A stretch of DNA of 64,000 bases from Armatimonadota bacterium (lineage in GTDB: Bacteria; Sysuimicrobiota; Sysuimicrobiia; Sysuimicrobiales; Humicultoraceae): the NCBI GenBank assembly GCA_016869025.1, contig VGFA01000006.1:16065-80064 (forward strand), written 5' to 3'. The translations under genes and the position numbers were made by a program. The notes below the pieces were generated by a model that did no database searches, was not told where the DNA came from, and saw only the letters and a program-made list of their open reading frames with translations. Shown here piece after piece: positions 37,161 to 45,896 of this stretch. Numbering within the stretch: the first letter of the stretch is position 1; each line of letters starts with the position of its first letter.

Positions 37161-38158
37161 AACGGCCAGGCCTTGAAGTACATCTTGATCCGCATCCACC
37201 GGCCATAGATCCCACGTGGCTCAACCATCATCATGAGGATGATAGCCGCGCCGTAGAAGATTGGGAGCCACTGCTTGAGCCCGCTCAGGTAGTGGGGCAG
37301 GAGCGTCAGGATGACGGCGCCGATGATCGCGCCGGAAACCGTTCCCAGCCCTCCGATGACGACCATCGCGAAGTAGGTGATGGACTCAAGGAAGGTGAAC
37401 GACTGGGGCTCCAGGTGCCGCAGCGCCTGCGCCACGATGGCGCCCGCGACCCCGGCGTAGGCGGCGCTGATCGCAAACGCCAGGGTCTTGTACCAGAGCA
37501 GGTTCACCCCGGTAACCTCGGCGGCGATGTCGCTATCGCGGATGGCGGCAAATGCGCGGCCGACGTGCGACCGGGCAAGGTTGTAGCCGACCCACGAGAG
37601 CACGACGGCCGCGCCGACAGCCACACAGTAGAGCTGCTGGGTTGGCGTCAACCCGGCGATTCCCAAGGACAGTTGCTGGATCGGCAGGCCAGTGCGTCCG
37701 CCGGACAGCGCGGTCCAGTTGACGAGCACCTGGTAGACGGCGATACCGAATCCCAACGTTGCGATGGCCAGGTAGGGGCCTGTCAGGCGAAGCGCCGGCA
37801 GGCCGACGAGGAAGCCGAATCCGGCGGTGATCGCCGCCGCGCCGACCCAGGCCGCGTACCAGGGAAGCCCGAGCCGGGCAGCCAGCAGACCCGAGGCATA
37901 GGCGCCGATGGCCACGAAGCCGGCATGTCCCAGCGAGATGAGCCCGGTGAACCCGACCAGCATGTTCAGGCCGACCGCCACGATCACGTTGGCCGCCATC
38001 AGGATGGCGATGAAGAGGAGATAGCCCAGGCCCACCCTGGGCAGGAGGAAGGGCAGGGCAAATAGCCCGGTCAGCAAGGTCCCGACCGCCAGCCAGCCCG
38101 TCGCTCCCTTAACCTGGTAGAGGTCGTCCTGATACCGTTCCAGCAGGTCACTCGACAC
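37157..38158 (-). CDS. livM: Branched-chain amino acid ABC transporter permease (LivM-type)
   Basis: 333-aa polytopic protein with the LNMLVGFTGLISLGHAGFVAIGAY motif. Confidence 0.9.
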   Translation of the reverse strand: MSSDLLERYQDDLYQVKGATGWLAVGTLLTGLFALPFLLPRVGLGYLLFIAILMAANVIVAVGLNMLVGFTGLISLGHAGFVAIGAYASGLLAARLGLPWYAAWVGAAAITAGFGFLVGLPALRLTGPYLAIATLGFGIAVYQVLVNWTALSGGRTGLPIQQLSLGIAGLTPTQQLYCVAVGAAVVLSWVGYNLARSHVGRAFAAIRDSDIAAEVTGVNLLWYKTLAFAISAAYAGVAGAIVAQALRHLEPQSFTFLESITYFAMVVIGGLGTVSGAIIGAVILTLLPHYLSGLKQWLPIFYGAAIILMMMVEPRGIYGRWMRIKMYFKAWPL

Positions 38159-38340
38159 GCTGATAAGGGGGATTCGCGCTGTTCGGGAAGAAGCCCTGCT
38201 TCCCTCTCGTTGTCAGGGTAGGTCGAAGCGGATTCGTTTCCTTTGGGCCATGCTATACTCTACCCATCCGTGTCTCCCCGATCTCAGCGCGGGCTCGCCC
38301 GCACATCGCCGCCCGCGCCGGTAGAAAGGACCGAACCCAG

Positions 38341-40224
38341 GTGGTTGTCAACAACCTCAAGCTGCTCGTAGGGGGTGTTCAGCTCCGCGACGCGGTTACC
38401 ACGGTCACAGACATCCTCGGGAAGCTGTTCGTACGGGCCGGGCTGCACGTCCTGGCCATGGAGAGGGGATACGCCTCGACGATCTACGGCGCCCATCAGT
38501 TCGATCCGATGGTCGTAGCGGCGACCCCCCCGCTCTCCTACGGCGACGATCGCACCGACGTCCTCGTATCCCTGGAGCACGACACGAACCCCGACTCCCC
38601 AATCAAGCCCAACCGCGACACCATACTGCGGCACGGCAAGAACCTGAAGGAAGGCGGGGTCTTGATCTACGACAACAGCACCGAGACCGTGGAGGTCGGC
38701 GAGCTCCAGGCGCGCGGGGTCAAGGTATTTCCTCTGCCCGCCCGCCAGATCGCGCAGCGCGAACTCAAGATGGAGGTAACCAAGAACACGATCGTCACCG
38801 GCGCGCTGCTGCGCCTGCTCGAGTTCGACATGGACTACGCCCTGTTCGGCGCCTACCTGGAAGGGCGGTTCCTGAGCAAAGGGCGTGGGGTCGTTGACAT
38901 CAACCTCGAGGCCGCGCGCCGCGGCAGGGCCGCGGTTGAGGAGATACTGTCGAGCAACGGCTGGGATTCTGTTGGCTACCGGCTGGAGCCGCAACCATCC
39001 TCGGTTCCCAACCTGCTGCTGACCGGCAACGAGGCGATCGCGATGGGTTCCATCCTGGCGGGCTGCCGGTTCTATTCGGGTTACCCCATCACACCGGCCA
39101 CCTCGATCCTGGAGTTCTTAGAGAAGCACCTGCCGCGATACGGGGGCCGGGTGCTGCAGGGCCAGAACGAGCGTGAATCCATCCGGGCGGCGATCGGCGC
39201 CAGCATCGCGGGGGTCCGCAGCGCCGTCGGATCGTCGGGGCCCGGGATCTCCCTGAAGGTCGAGGAGTTCGGGCTGGCAGGGGCCACCGAGACGCCGCTG
39301 GTCATCGTTGACACGCAGCGGGCAGGCCCTGCGACCGGCATGCCCACGAAGAGCGAGCAGGGCGACCTGGCGATGGCGATCTACGCCGGACACGGCGAGA
39401 TCCCGCGGATCGTGCTCTCGGCAGGGACCATCGAGGAGTGCTACTCGCTCGCGTTCGAGGCGTTCGACCTGGCCGACAAGTACCAGTGTCCGGTCTTCCT
39501 GCTCAGTGACCTGACCCTCACGGACGGTCGCAAGAACCTCCCCGAGACCTACTTCACCGAGAACCAGAAGCCCGTGGTCCGCCACGGCCTGGTGCGCGCC
39601 GCGGACCCCGGTGGCGACGGCTACAAACGCTTCGCGATTACCGAGTCGGGCATCTCCCCGCGCAGCATCGTGGGCACGCCGGGCGCGATCTTCAAGGTCA
39701 GCGGGACCGAGCACGATGAGACCGGGTTGATCACCACCGACCCTCCCAAGCGCAAGGCGATATTCGAGAAGCGGATGCGCAAGATGCAGACCTACCTTAA
39801 GGAGGACGCGAAGCCGCCGCAGGTGTTCGGTTCTCCCGACGGCGTTCCGCTGCTGATCGGGTGGGGATCAACCAAGATGCCGCTGCTGGACGCGCAGGCG
39901 CGGCTCAGGTCGGAAGGAATGGAGACGTGCGTGATCTACTTCACGCACATCTGGCCGTTCCCGGTCCACCTGGTGGCGCCCCTGCTGCGGCAGGGGTCCG
40001 TGCTGATCGTCGTCGAGCAAAACTACTCCGGACAGCTCGCGGACGTGATCCAGCAGGAGTGTCTGATCGAGACGCGCCGCGTTCTCAAGTACAACGGGCG
40101 GCCGTTCTACACGGCGGACATCGCCGGGGGCGTGCGCCAGGTGCTCGCCGGAGGCCCGGGCGTCGTTCGGGTGGGCGAAGAGGCGCCGGACGCCGCTGTT
40201 GAGACAGTACCGGAGGGGGACTAG
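38341..40224 (+). CDS. korA: 2-oxoacid:ferredoxin oxidoreductase, fused gamma/alpha subunit (KorA-type)
   Basis: 627 aa. An N-terminal gamma-like domain is followed by an alpha domain (LTGNEAIAMGSILAGCRFYSGYPITPAT). Substrate specificity (2-oxoglutarate versus branched 2-oxoacids) cannot be told from the sequence. Confidence 0.85.
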   Translation: MVVNNLKLLVGGVQLRDAVTTVTDILGKLFVRAGLHVLAMERGYASTIYGAHQFDPMVVAATPPLSYGDDRTDVLVSLEHDTNPDSPIKPNRDTILRHGKNLKEGGVLIYDNSTETVEVGELQARGVKVFPLPARQIAQRELKMEVTKNTIVTGALLRLLEFDMDYALFGAYLEGRFLSKGRGVVDINLEAARRGRAAVEEILSSNGWDSVGYRLEPQPSSVPNLLLTGNEAIAMGSILAGCRFYSGYPITPATSILEFLEKHLPRYGGRVLQGQNERESIRAAIGASIAGVRSAVGSSGPGISLKVEEFGLAGATETPLVIVDTQRAGPATGMPTKSEQGDLAMAIYAGHGEIPRIVLSAGTIEECYSLAFEAFDLADKYQCPVFLLSDLTLTDGRKNLPETYFTENQKPVVRHGLVRAADPGGDGYKRFAITESGISPRSIVGTPGAIFKVSGTEHDETGLITTDPPKRKAIFEKRMRKMQTYLKEDAKPPQVFGSPDGVPLLIGWGSTKMPLLDAQARLRSEGMETCVIYFTHIWPFPVHLVAPLLRQGSVLIVVEQNYSGQLADVIQQECLIETRRVLKYNGRPFYTADIAGGVRQVLAGGPGVVRVGEEAPDAAVETVPEGD

Positions 40225-40227
40225 GGC

Positions 40228-41097
40228 ATGAGCGTCGCGTCGCCGGAGGCCGCTCGGCTGTGGGAGCAGAACGCGTTTCCCAGGCACCGTATCCAGTGGT
40301 GTCCGGGATGCGGTGACTTCGGGGTCCTGGCCGCGCTGAAGATGGCCCTGATGAGGATAGGCGTAATGCCGCACGAGGTCCTCCTGGTTGGAGGGATAGG
40401 CTGCTCGGGCCAGACCCGCAACTACCTCAACGGCAACGGATTCCACGGCACTCACGGCGGTCCATTGGGATATGCTCTGGGCGCCAAGATGGTCGCCCCC
40501 GACCTCACCGTGATCGCGCTGGCCGGGGACGGCGACACGCTGGCCATAGGCATGGAGAGCTTCATCCATGTCTGCCGCCGCGACCCGGCGGTGACGCTGA
40601 TTCTCATGAACAACGGCGTCTACGGATTGACCCGCGGTCAGGATTCCCCTACCACGGGCCTCGGCAAGATCATGGAGGAGCACACCGAAGAGCATCCACC
40701 GTTCGTTGATCCGGCGCGCCTGGCGATCACCGCGGGCGCGACCTTCGTGGCGCAATCGTTCTCCGGGGACCCAAGGCACTGTGCCGACATCTACGCCCAG
40801 GCCTTCCGGCACCCCGGTTTCGCCATGGTCAACGACTTCTCGCCGTGCGTCACATACAACAAGTTCAACACCGCCGGATGGTACAGGGAACACTCCGAGC
40901 ACGTCCCCGAGGGACACGACGTATCGGACAAGGCCGCCGCGTGGGCGCTGCTAGACGATTTCGACCGGAGGGGGAAGCTGCCGCTGGGCATCATCTACCG
41001 CGCGCCCAGGCGCAAGAAGGCCCACGCGCGGCTTCCGATCTGGGAGGAAGAGCTTGCCGGGATAGACCCCGAGCCGATGTTCAGCGTGTTCCGCTAG
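40228..41097 (+). CDS. korB: 2-oxoacid:ferredoxin oxidoreductase, beta (TPP-binding) subunit (KorB-type)
   Basis: WCPGCGDFGVLAALK and the GDGD...NNGVYGLT TPP-binding motif. Confidence 0.9.
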   Translation: MSVASPEAARLWEQNAFPRHRIQWCPGCGDFGVLAALKMALMRIGVMPHEVLLVGGIGCSGQTRNYLNGNGFHGTHGGPLGYALGAKMVAPDLTVIALAGDGDTLAIGMESFIHVCRRDPAVTLILMNNGVYGLTRGQDSPTTGLGKIMEEHTEEHPPFVDPARLAITAGATFVAQSFSGDPRHCADIYAQAFRHPGFAMVNDFSPCVTYNKFNTAGWYREHSEHVPEGHDVSDKAAAWALLDDFDRRGKLPLGIIYRAPRRKKAHARLPIWEEELAGIDPEPMFSVFR

Positions 41098-41113
41098 GGC
41101 TGCCGCCAGAGTT

Positions 41114-41134
41114 GCCCGGCTGGGGTTGCCGGGC
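41114..41134. terminator. Possible bidirectional hairpin between convergent korB and the acyl-CoA ligase gene
   Basis: GCCCGGC-TGGGGTT-GCCGGGC, a 7-bp stem. There is no clear U-tract, so this is weak. Confidence 0.25.
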
Positions 41135-42822
41135 TAGGGCTGCCCGGCGCGGGCTTCTTCGGCCAGCACCCGGCGCAACACCTTTCCGATCAGGGACTTG
41201 GGCAGGCTCTCCCGGAACTCGATCTCTTTCGGGACCTTGTATCGGGCCAGACGCTCCCTGCAGTGGGCGAGGATCTCCTCGGCCGTGGCCTGGGCCCCTG
41301 GCCGCAGCACCACGAAGGCCTTTCCTACCTCACCCTTGTGAGGGTCGGGCACTCCCACCAGCGCCGCCTCCATCACCGCGGGGTGCGCGAAGAGCACCTC
41401 CTCAACCTCCCGCGGGTAGACGTTGAGGCCGCCGGTGATCAGCATCTCCTTCTTGCGGTCCACTATGTAGAAGAACCCGTCCTCGTCCATCCTGGCGACG
41501 TCGCCGGTGAACAGCCACTCGTCGCGCAGCGCCGCCGCCGTCTCGGCCAACTTGTTCCAGTAGCCGGCCATCACCTGCGGTCCCCGCACGACCAGCTCGC
41601 CGGCCTCGCCGATCGGCAGCGTGATGGTCCCCCCATCGAGGTCCACGATCCGCGCGTCGGTGTCCGGCACCGGGATGCCGATGCTGCCGGGCTTGCGCAG
41701 CCCTACCAGCGGATTGACATGGGTCACCGGCGAGGCCTCGGTGAGCCCGTATCCCTCAACGAGACTTCCTCCGGTGACGCGCTCGAAGCGCGACTGCACC
41801 TCGGAGGGCAACCCCGCGGCCCCGCTTATGCACGCGCGAACCGAGGTGAGGTCATGGCGGCCGACCGAGGGATGGCTGGCCAGCGCGTTGTAGAGAGTTG
41901 GGACGCCTGGCAGCTGGTCCGGCTTGTAGCGGGAGATGATCTTGAGGACGGCCTCCGCCTCGAACCGCGGGAGGAGCACCATGCGGCCGCCCTTCAGCAG
42001 GGTGCCGTTCATCACGACTGTCATCGCGTAGGAGTGGAAGAGCGGCAGCACGCCCACGGTCGTGCCGGTCGCGTCCGGCGGCGTTACGTACCAGTGCGCG
42101 CTCTGGTAGGCGTTGGCCACCAGATTGCCGTGGGTGAGCATGGCGGCCTTGGGTGTGCCGGTCGTGCCTCCGGTGTAGAGCAGCACCGCTGTGTCGGTGC
42201 TCCTTTGATCTGCCTGCACCGCCAGCGGAGCCCCGGCGGCCACGGCATTGAAAGGACGCGTTGTGGCATCAGGGGTGATCCTGGGCCACTCACCGCGACG
42301 TCTGGCTCGCAGGGGATACAGCAATCGCAGCGGCGCCGGGAAGAACTCGTTGATGCGCGTAACGATGACGTGCGCGAGGCGGCTGCCGGCCTTCGCGGCC
42401 ATGACGCGCCATGCGAACAGGTCGAGCGTCACGGCGATTGAGGCCCCGCTGTCGGCGAGCTGCCCGGCGATCTCCCGTTCCACGTAGAGCGGGTTGAAGG
42501 GCACGACCACGCCGCCGGCCTTCAGGGTCCCATAGTAGGCGATCACGAACTGAGGACAGTTGGGCAGGTGGAGCGACACCCGTTCGCCGCGCTGCAGGCC
42601 GAGCGCCTGGAGGCCTCCGGCAAACCGGTCGGCCAGGTCGCGCAGCGCCTTGTAGGTCAGGTCGCGGCGAAAGAACGTGACCGCCGGGCGGTCGGGATAC
42701 CGCTCGGCGGCATCGTCCAGCAGGTGTTGCAGCGGCCGGGCCGGGTAGGCGATGGTCCTGGGCACCCCTGGCTCGTAGTGCCGAAGCCAGGGCCGAGATT
42801 CCAGAAGGGCCTGGTCCTCCAT
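41134..42822 (-). CDS. fadD: Long-chain-fatty-acid--CoA ligase (FadD-type)
   Basis: RPWLRHYEPGVP N-terminus, LLYTGGTTGTPKAAMLTH AMP-binding motif, GYGLTE, GDVARMDEDGFFYIVDRKKE. Confidence 0.9.
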   Translation of the reverse strand: MEDQALLESRPWLRHYEPGVPRTIAYPARPLQHLLDDAAERYPDRPAVTFFRRDLTYKALRDLADRFAGGLQALGLQRGERVSLHLPNCPQFVIAYYGTLKAGGVVVPFNPLYVEREIAGQLADSGASIAVTLDLFAWRVMAAKAGSRLAHVIVTRINEFFPAPLRLLYPLRARRRGEWPRITPDATTRPFNAVAAGAPLAVQADQRSTDTAVLLYTGGTTGTPKAAMLTHGNLVANAYQSAHWYVTPPDATGTTVGVLPLFHSYAMTVVMNGTLLKGGRMVLLPRFEAEAVLKIISRYKPDQLPGVPTLYNALASHPSVGRHDLTSVRACISGAAGLPSEVQSRFERVTGGSLVEGYGLTEASPVTHVNPLVGLRKPGSIGIPVPDTDARIVDLDGGTITLPIGEAGELVVRGPQVMAGYWNKLAETAAALRDEWLFTGDVARMDEDGFFYIVDRKKEMLITGGLNVYPREVEEVLFAHPAVMEAALVGVPDPHKGEVGKAFVVLRPGAQATAEEILAHCRERLARYKVPKEIEFRESLPKSLIGKVLRRVLAEEARAGQP

Positions 42823-42874
42823 GATCAGCCCGGGGCCGCCGGAGCCCTGCCCGCCCGCTGCCGCACCCGTACTC

Positions 42875-44653
42875 CTACGCGACGTACTTCCCCGCGTTGA
42901 TCACCGCCCCGGCGATCTGGCGCCCGAGTCTCACCGTGTTCACCGAAGGGATCTTGAGGAACCGGCGCAGACCGGACAGCATGGTACGCAGGGTGTCGCC
43001 GTCCTCGGTGGCGGCCAGCACCCTGCGCGCGTTGGTCTCGATGCGCGGCAGCGCGTCGTCGAGGAAGTAGGCGGCCATCGCGGCCTGCAACCCCGCGGAA
43101 GCCCCGCCGCGGGCAGCGGTCCTGGCGGCCCGCAGCACCGCGCTCTCGATGGCGAACAGATCGATCGCCATGTCGGCTATGCCGCCCAGGATCTCCTGCT
43201 GGTTCTCCAGTTCGGTAAGGTACTTCTGGGTCGCGGCTCCTGCGGCAAACAGGAATGCCCGGCGCGCAGCATCCACCAGGCGGCGCTCTTCGGCGAGAGG
43301 CCCGGCAACCACGCCCTCTCCCCCGACATTTGGGGAAAGCATCTCGCCGGCCACCTTCTGCGCGGCCGCGAACAGCCCCAAGCGGCCCTTCTGCGCCCGG
43401 CGCAGCAGCATTGCCGGGATGAGCAGCCGGTTGATCTCGTTCGTGCCCTCGAAGATCCTGTTGATGCGCGCGTCCCGGTAGGCCCGCGCCACCGGGTACT
43501 CCTCCACGAAGCCGTAGCCGCCGTGGATCTGCAGCGCCTCGTCCACGACCGCGTCGAGCACCTCGGAGCAGAAGACCTTGTTGACCGAGCACTCGACCGC
43601 GTACTCCTCCAGCGCCGCGACCACCTGGCTGCTGTCGTGGGCCTCGCCGCCCAGCGCCTCGCTGATGAGGCCTCCGGTCCGGTAGAGCATGCTCTCGGCG
43701 GCAAAGGTCGCCGCGGCCATCCGTCCAAGCTTCTGCTGGATCAGGCCGAACTCGGCGATGGCCTTGCCGAACTGCTTGCGCTCCTTCGCGTAGACGACGG
43801 CCTCGCGCAGCGCGAAGCGCGCCCCACCCACGCACCCCGCCGCCAGGTAGAAGCGGCCGACGTTGAGGATGTTGAAGGCAATCTTGTGTCCCTGGCCGAC
43901 CTCGCCCAGCAGGTTGGCGGCCGGCACACGCGCGTTCTCGAGGAAGATCGAGGCGGTCGAGGTGCCCTTGATCCCCAGCTTGTGCTCTTCCTCGCCGATC
44001 GTGACCCCCTCGGTGCCCCTTTCCACGATGAAGCAGGTGTGGTGCTCGCCGTCCACCTTGGCGTAGACCAGGTAGAGGTCGGCCATCTTCGCGTTCGTGA
44101 TGAACTGCTTGACGCCGGTGATCACGTAGTGCGAGCCATCCGGGCTGCGCGTAGCGCGTGCGCGTATGGCCATCGCGTCTGAGCCGGCGGTGGGCTCGGT
44201 CAGGGCGTAGCTGCTGACCCACTCGCCCGATGCCAGTTTGGGCAGGTACTTCTGCTTCTGTTCCTCGTTGCCGAAGAACACGATGGGCAGCGTCCCGATG
44301 CCGGTGTGCGCGCTTACCATGGTCGCGAACGAGGCCGCCGAGCTCATCGCGTCCTTGATGACCAGCGCGGAGATCTTGTCCAGGCCGCCCCCACCGTAGG
44401 CCTCGGGCACGTCGGCTCCCAGGAAGCCCAGCTCCCCAAACCCGCGGAACTGCTTGACTACCAGGTCCCAGTTGTGCTCGTCGGTCTCTTTGATATGCGG
44501 CTGGACTTCCTGTTCTACGAACTGCTCGACCGTGCGCTGGACCATGCGGTGGTCGTCCGTCAGATCCTCCGGGGTGAAGACCGCCTCCGGGGGCGTGGGC
44601 CCGACGACGAATCCGCCACCGGGGATCGCGACCTGCGCCGACTTAGCATCCAT
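42875..44653 (-). CDS. fadE: Acyl-CoA dehydrogenase (long, about 590-aa FadE-type)
   Basis: ACAD motifs (YALTEPTAGSDA, QIHGGYGFVEEYPVARAYRDARINRIFEGTNEI). Start set at ATG 44653 after AGGAGGAG. Confidence 0.9.
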   Translation of the reverse strand: MDAKSAQVAIPGGGFVVGPTPPEAVFTPEDLTDDHRMVQRTVEQFVEQEVQPHIKETDEHNWDLVVKQFRGFGELGFLGADVPEAYGGGGLDKISALVIKDAMSSAASFATMVSAHTGIGTLPIVFFGNEEQKQKYLPKLASGEWVSSYALTEPTAGSDAMAIRARATRSPDGSHYVITGVKQFITNAKMADLYLVYAKVDGEHHTCFIVERGTEGVTIGEEEHKLGIKGTSTASIFLENARVPAANLLGEVGQGHKIAFNILNVGRFYLAAGCVGGARFALREAVVYAKERKQFGKAIAEFGLIQQKLGRMAAATFAAESMLYRTGGLISEALGGEAHDSSQVVAALEEYAVECSVNKVFCSEVLDAVVDEALQIHGGYGFVEEYPVARAYRDARINRIFEGTNEINRLLIPAMLLRRAQKGRLGLFAAAQKVAGEMLSPNVGGEGVVAGPLAEERRLVDAARRAFLFAAGAATQKYLTELENQQEILGGIADMAIDLFAIESAVLRAARTAARGGASAGLQAAMAAYFLDDALPRIETNARRVLAATEDGDTLRTMLSGLRRFLKIPSVNTVRLGRQIAGAVINAGKYVA

Positions 44654-44666
44654 GGGTTCGCTCCTC

Positions 44667-45842
44667 CTATGCCGCCTCGAAGATACCCGCTGCGCCCATA
44701 CCACCGCCGATGCACATCGTCACCATTCCATAGCGCGCCTTCCGCCGGCGCATCTCGTGCAGCGCGGTCGCCGTGAGCTTCGCGCCGGTACAGCCCAGCG
44801 GGTGGCCAAGCGCGATGGCTCCGCCGTTGACGTTGACCCGATCCGGATCCAGCCCTGCCAGCCGGATCACGGCCACACCCTGCGCCGCGAAGGCCTCGTT
44901 CAGTTCGATCACCCCGATGTCGTCGAGCTTCAGCCCGGCCAGGGACAGGGCCTTTGGGATGGCCTTGACCGGGCCGATGCCCATCTCCTCCGGGGCCACC
45001 CCGGCCACCGCAAAGGAGCGGAGCATGCCCAGCGGCTTTGCCCGCAGCCGCCTGGCACGTCCGGCGGACATGATCACAGCCGCGGCCGCGCCGTCGCTGG
45101 TCTGCGAGGAGTTGCCCGCTGTGATCGTCCCCTTTGTGGAGAAGGCCGGCCTGAGCTTGGCAAGCGCGGCCATTGAAGTGTCGGCGCGCACGCCCTCGTC
45201 CGCCGACAGGGTGATCTCCTCACGCCGAGGCCGGCCGTTGTCCGCGGTCCACCGCGTGGTGGAGACCGGCACGATCTCCTCGTCGAACCTGCCCGCCTGC
45301 TGGGCGGCGGCCGCGTTCATGTGGCTGCGCAGGGCGAGCTGGTCCTGGTCTTCGCGAGAGACGCCGTACCGCTCGGCCACGATCTCCGCTGTCAGGCCCA
45401 TGGAAAGGTAGACTTCCGGCCAGTGCTCCGCGAAGTAAGGATTTGGAGCGTACTTGTTCCCGGTCATCGGGACCATGCTCATACTTTCGGTTCCGCCGGC
45501 CACAACGATCTCGTGCTGCCCGGTCATGACCTGGTGGACGGCTACGGCGATCGCCTGCAGGCCCGAGGAGCAGTACCGGTTGATGGTCATCCCGGAGGTG
45601 GTGATGGGCAGGCCGGCGCGCAGCGCCACCACCCTGGCCACGTTCATCCCCTGCTCTGCTTCGGGGAAGGCGCAGCCAAGGATGCAATCCTCGACCTCCT
45701 GGGGATCAAGCCCCGCAACCCGCCGCACCGCCTCCCGGACGGCAATGGCGGCCAGCTCGTCTGGCCGGGTGTCCTTCAGCGCTCCGCGCGGCGCCTTGCC
45801 CACCGCGGTACGTACGGACGAGACGATGACTGCTTCTCTCAT
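44667..45842 (-). CDS. fadA: Acetyl-CoA C-acyltransferase (thiolase)
   Basis: Active-site motifs [18 protein letters not shown] and GHPLGCTGA...CIGGGMG. Confidence 0.95.
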   Translation of the reverse strand: MREAVIVSSVRTAVGKAPRGALKDTRPDELAAIAVREAVRRVAGLDPQEVEDCILGCAFPEAEQGMNVARVVALRAGLPITTSGMTINRYCSSGLQAIAVAVHQVMTGQHEIVVAGGTESMSMVPMTGNKYAPNPYFAEHWPEVYLSMGLTAEIVAERYGVSREDQDQLALRSHMNAAAAQQAGRFDEEIVPVSTTRWTADNGRPRREEITLSADEGVRADTSMAALAKLRPAFSTKGTITAGNSSQTSDGAAAAVIMSAGRARRLRAKPLGMLRSFAVAGVAPEEMGIGPVKAIPKALSLAGLKLDDIGVIELNEAFAAQGVAVIRLAGLDPDRVNVNGGAIALGHPLGCTGAKLTATALHEMRRRKARYGMVTMCIGGGMGAAGIFEAA

Positions 45843-45896
45843 CGCAAGGCCCCTTTCTTGATCCGGCGCCCTGTGGGGCCGGCAGAAAATCCCCCG

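Noticed and set aside
38159-38340. TATACT at about 38255 as the promoter for the kor operon
   Set aside because: No convincing -35 element lies at 16-18 nt spacing. Without transcript data the call would be arbitrary.
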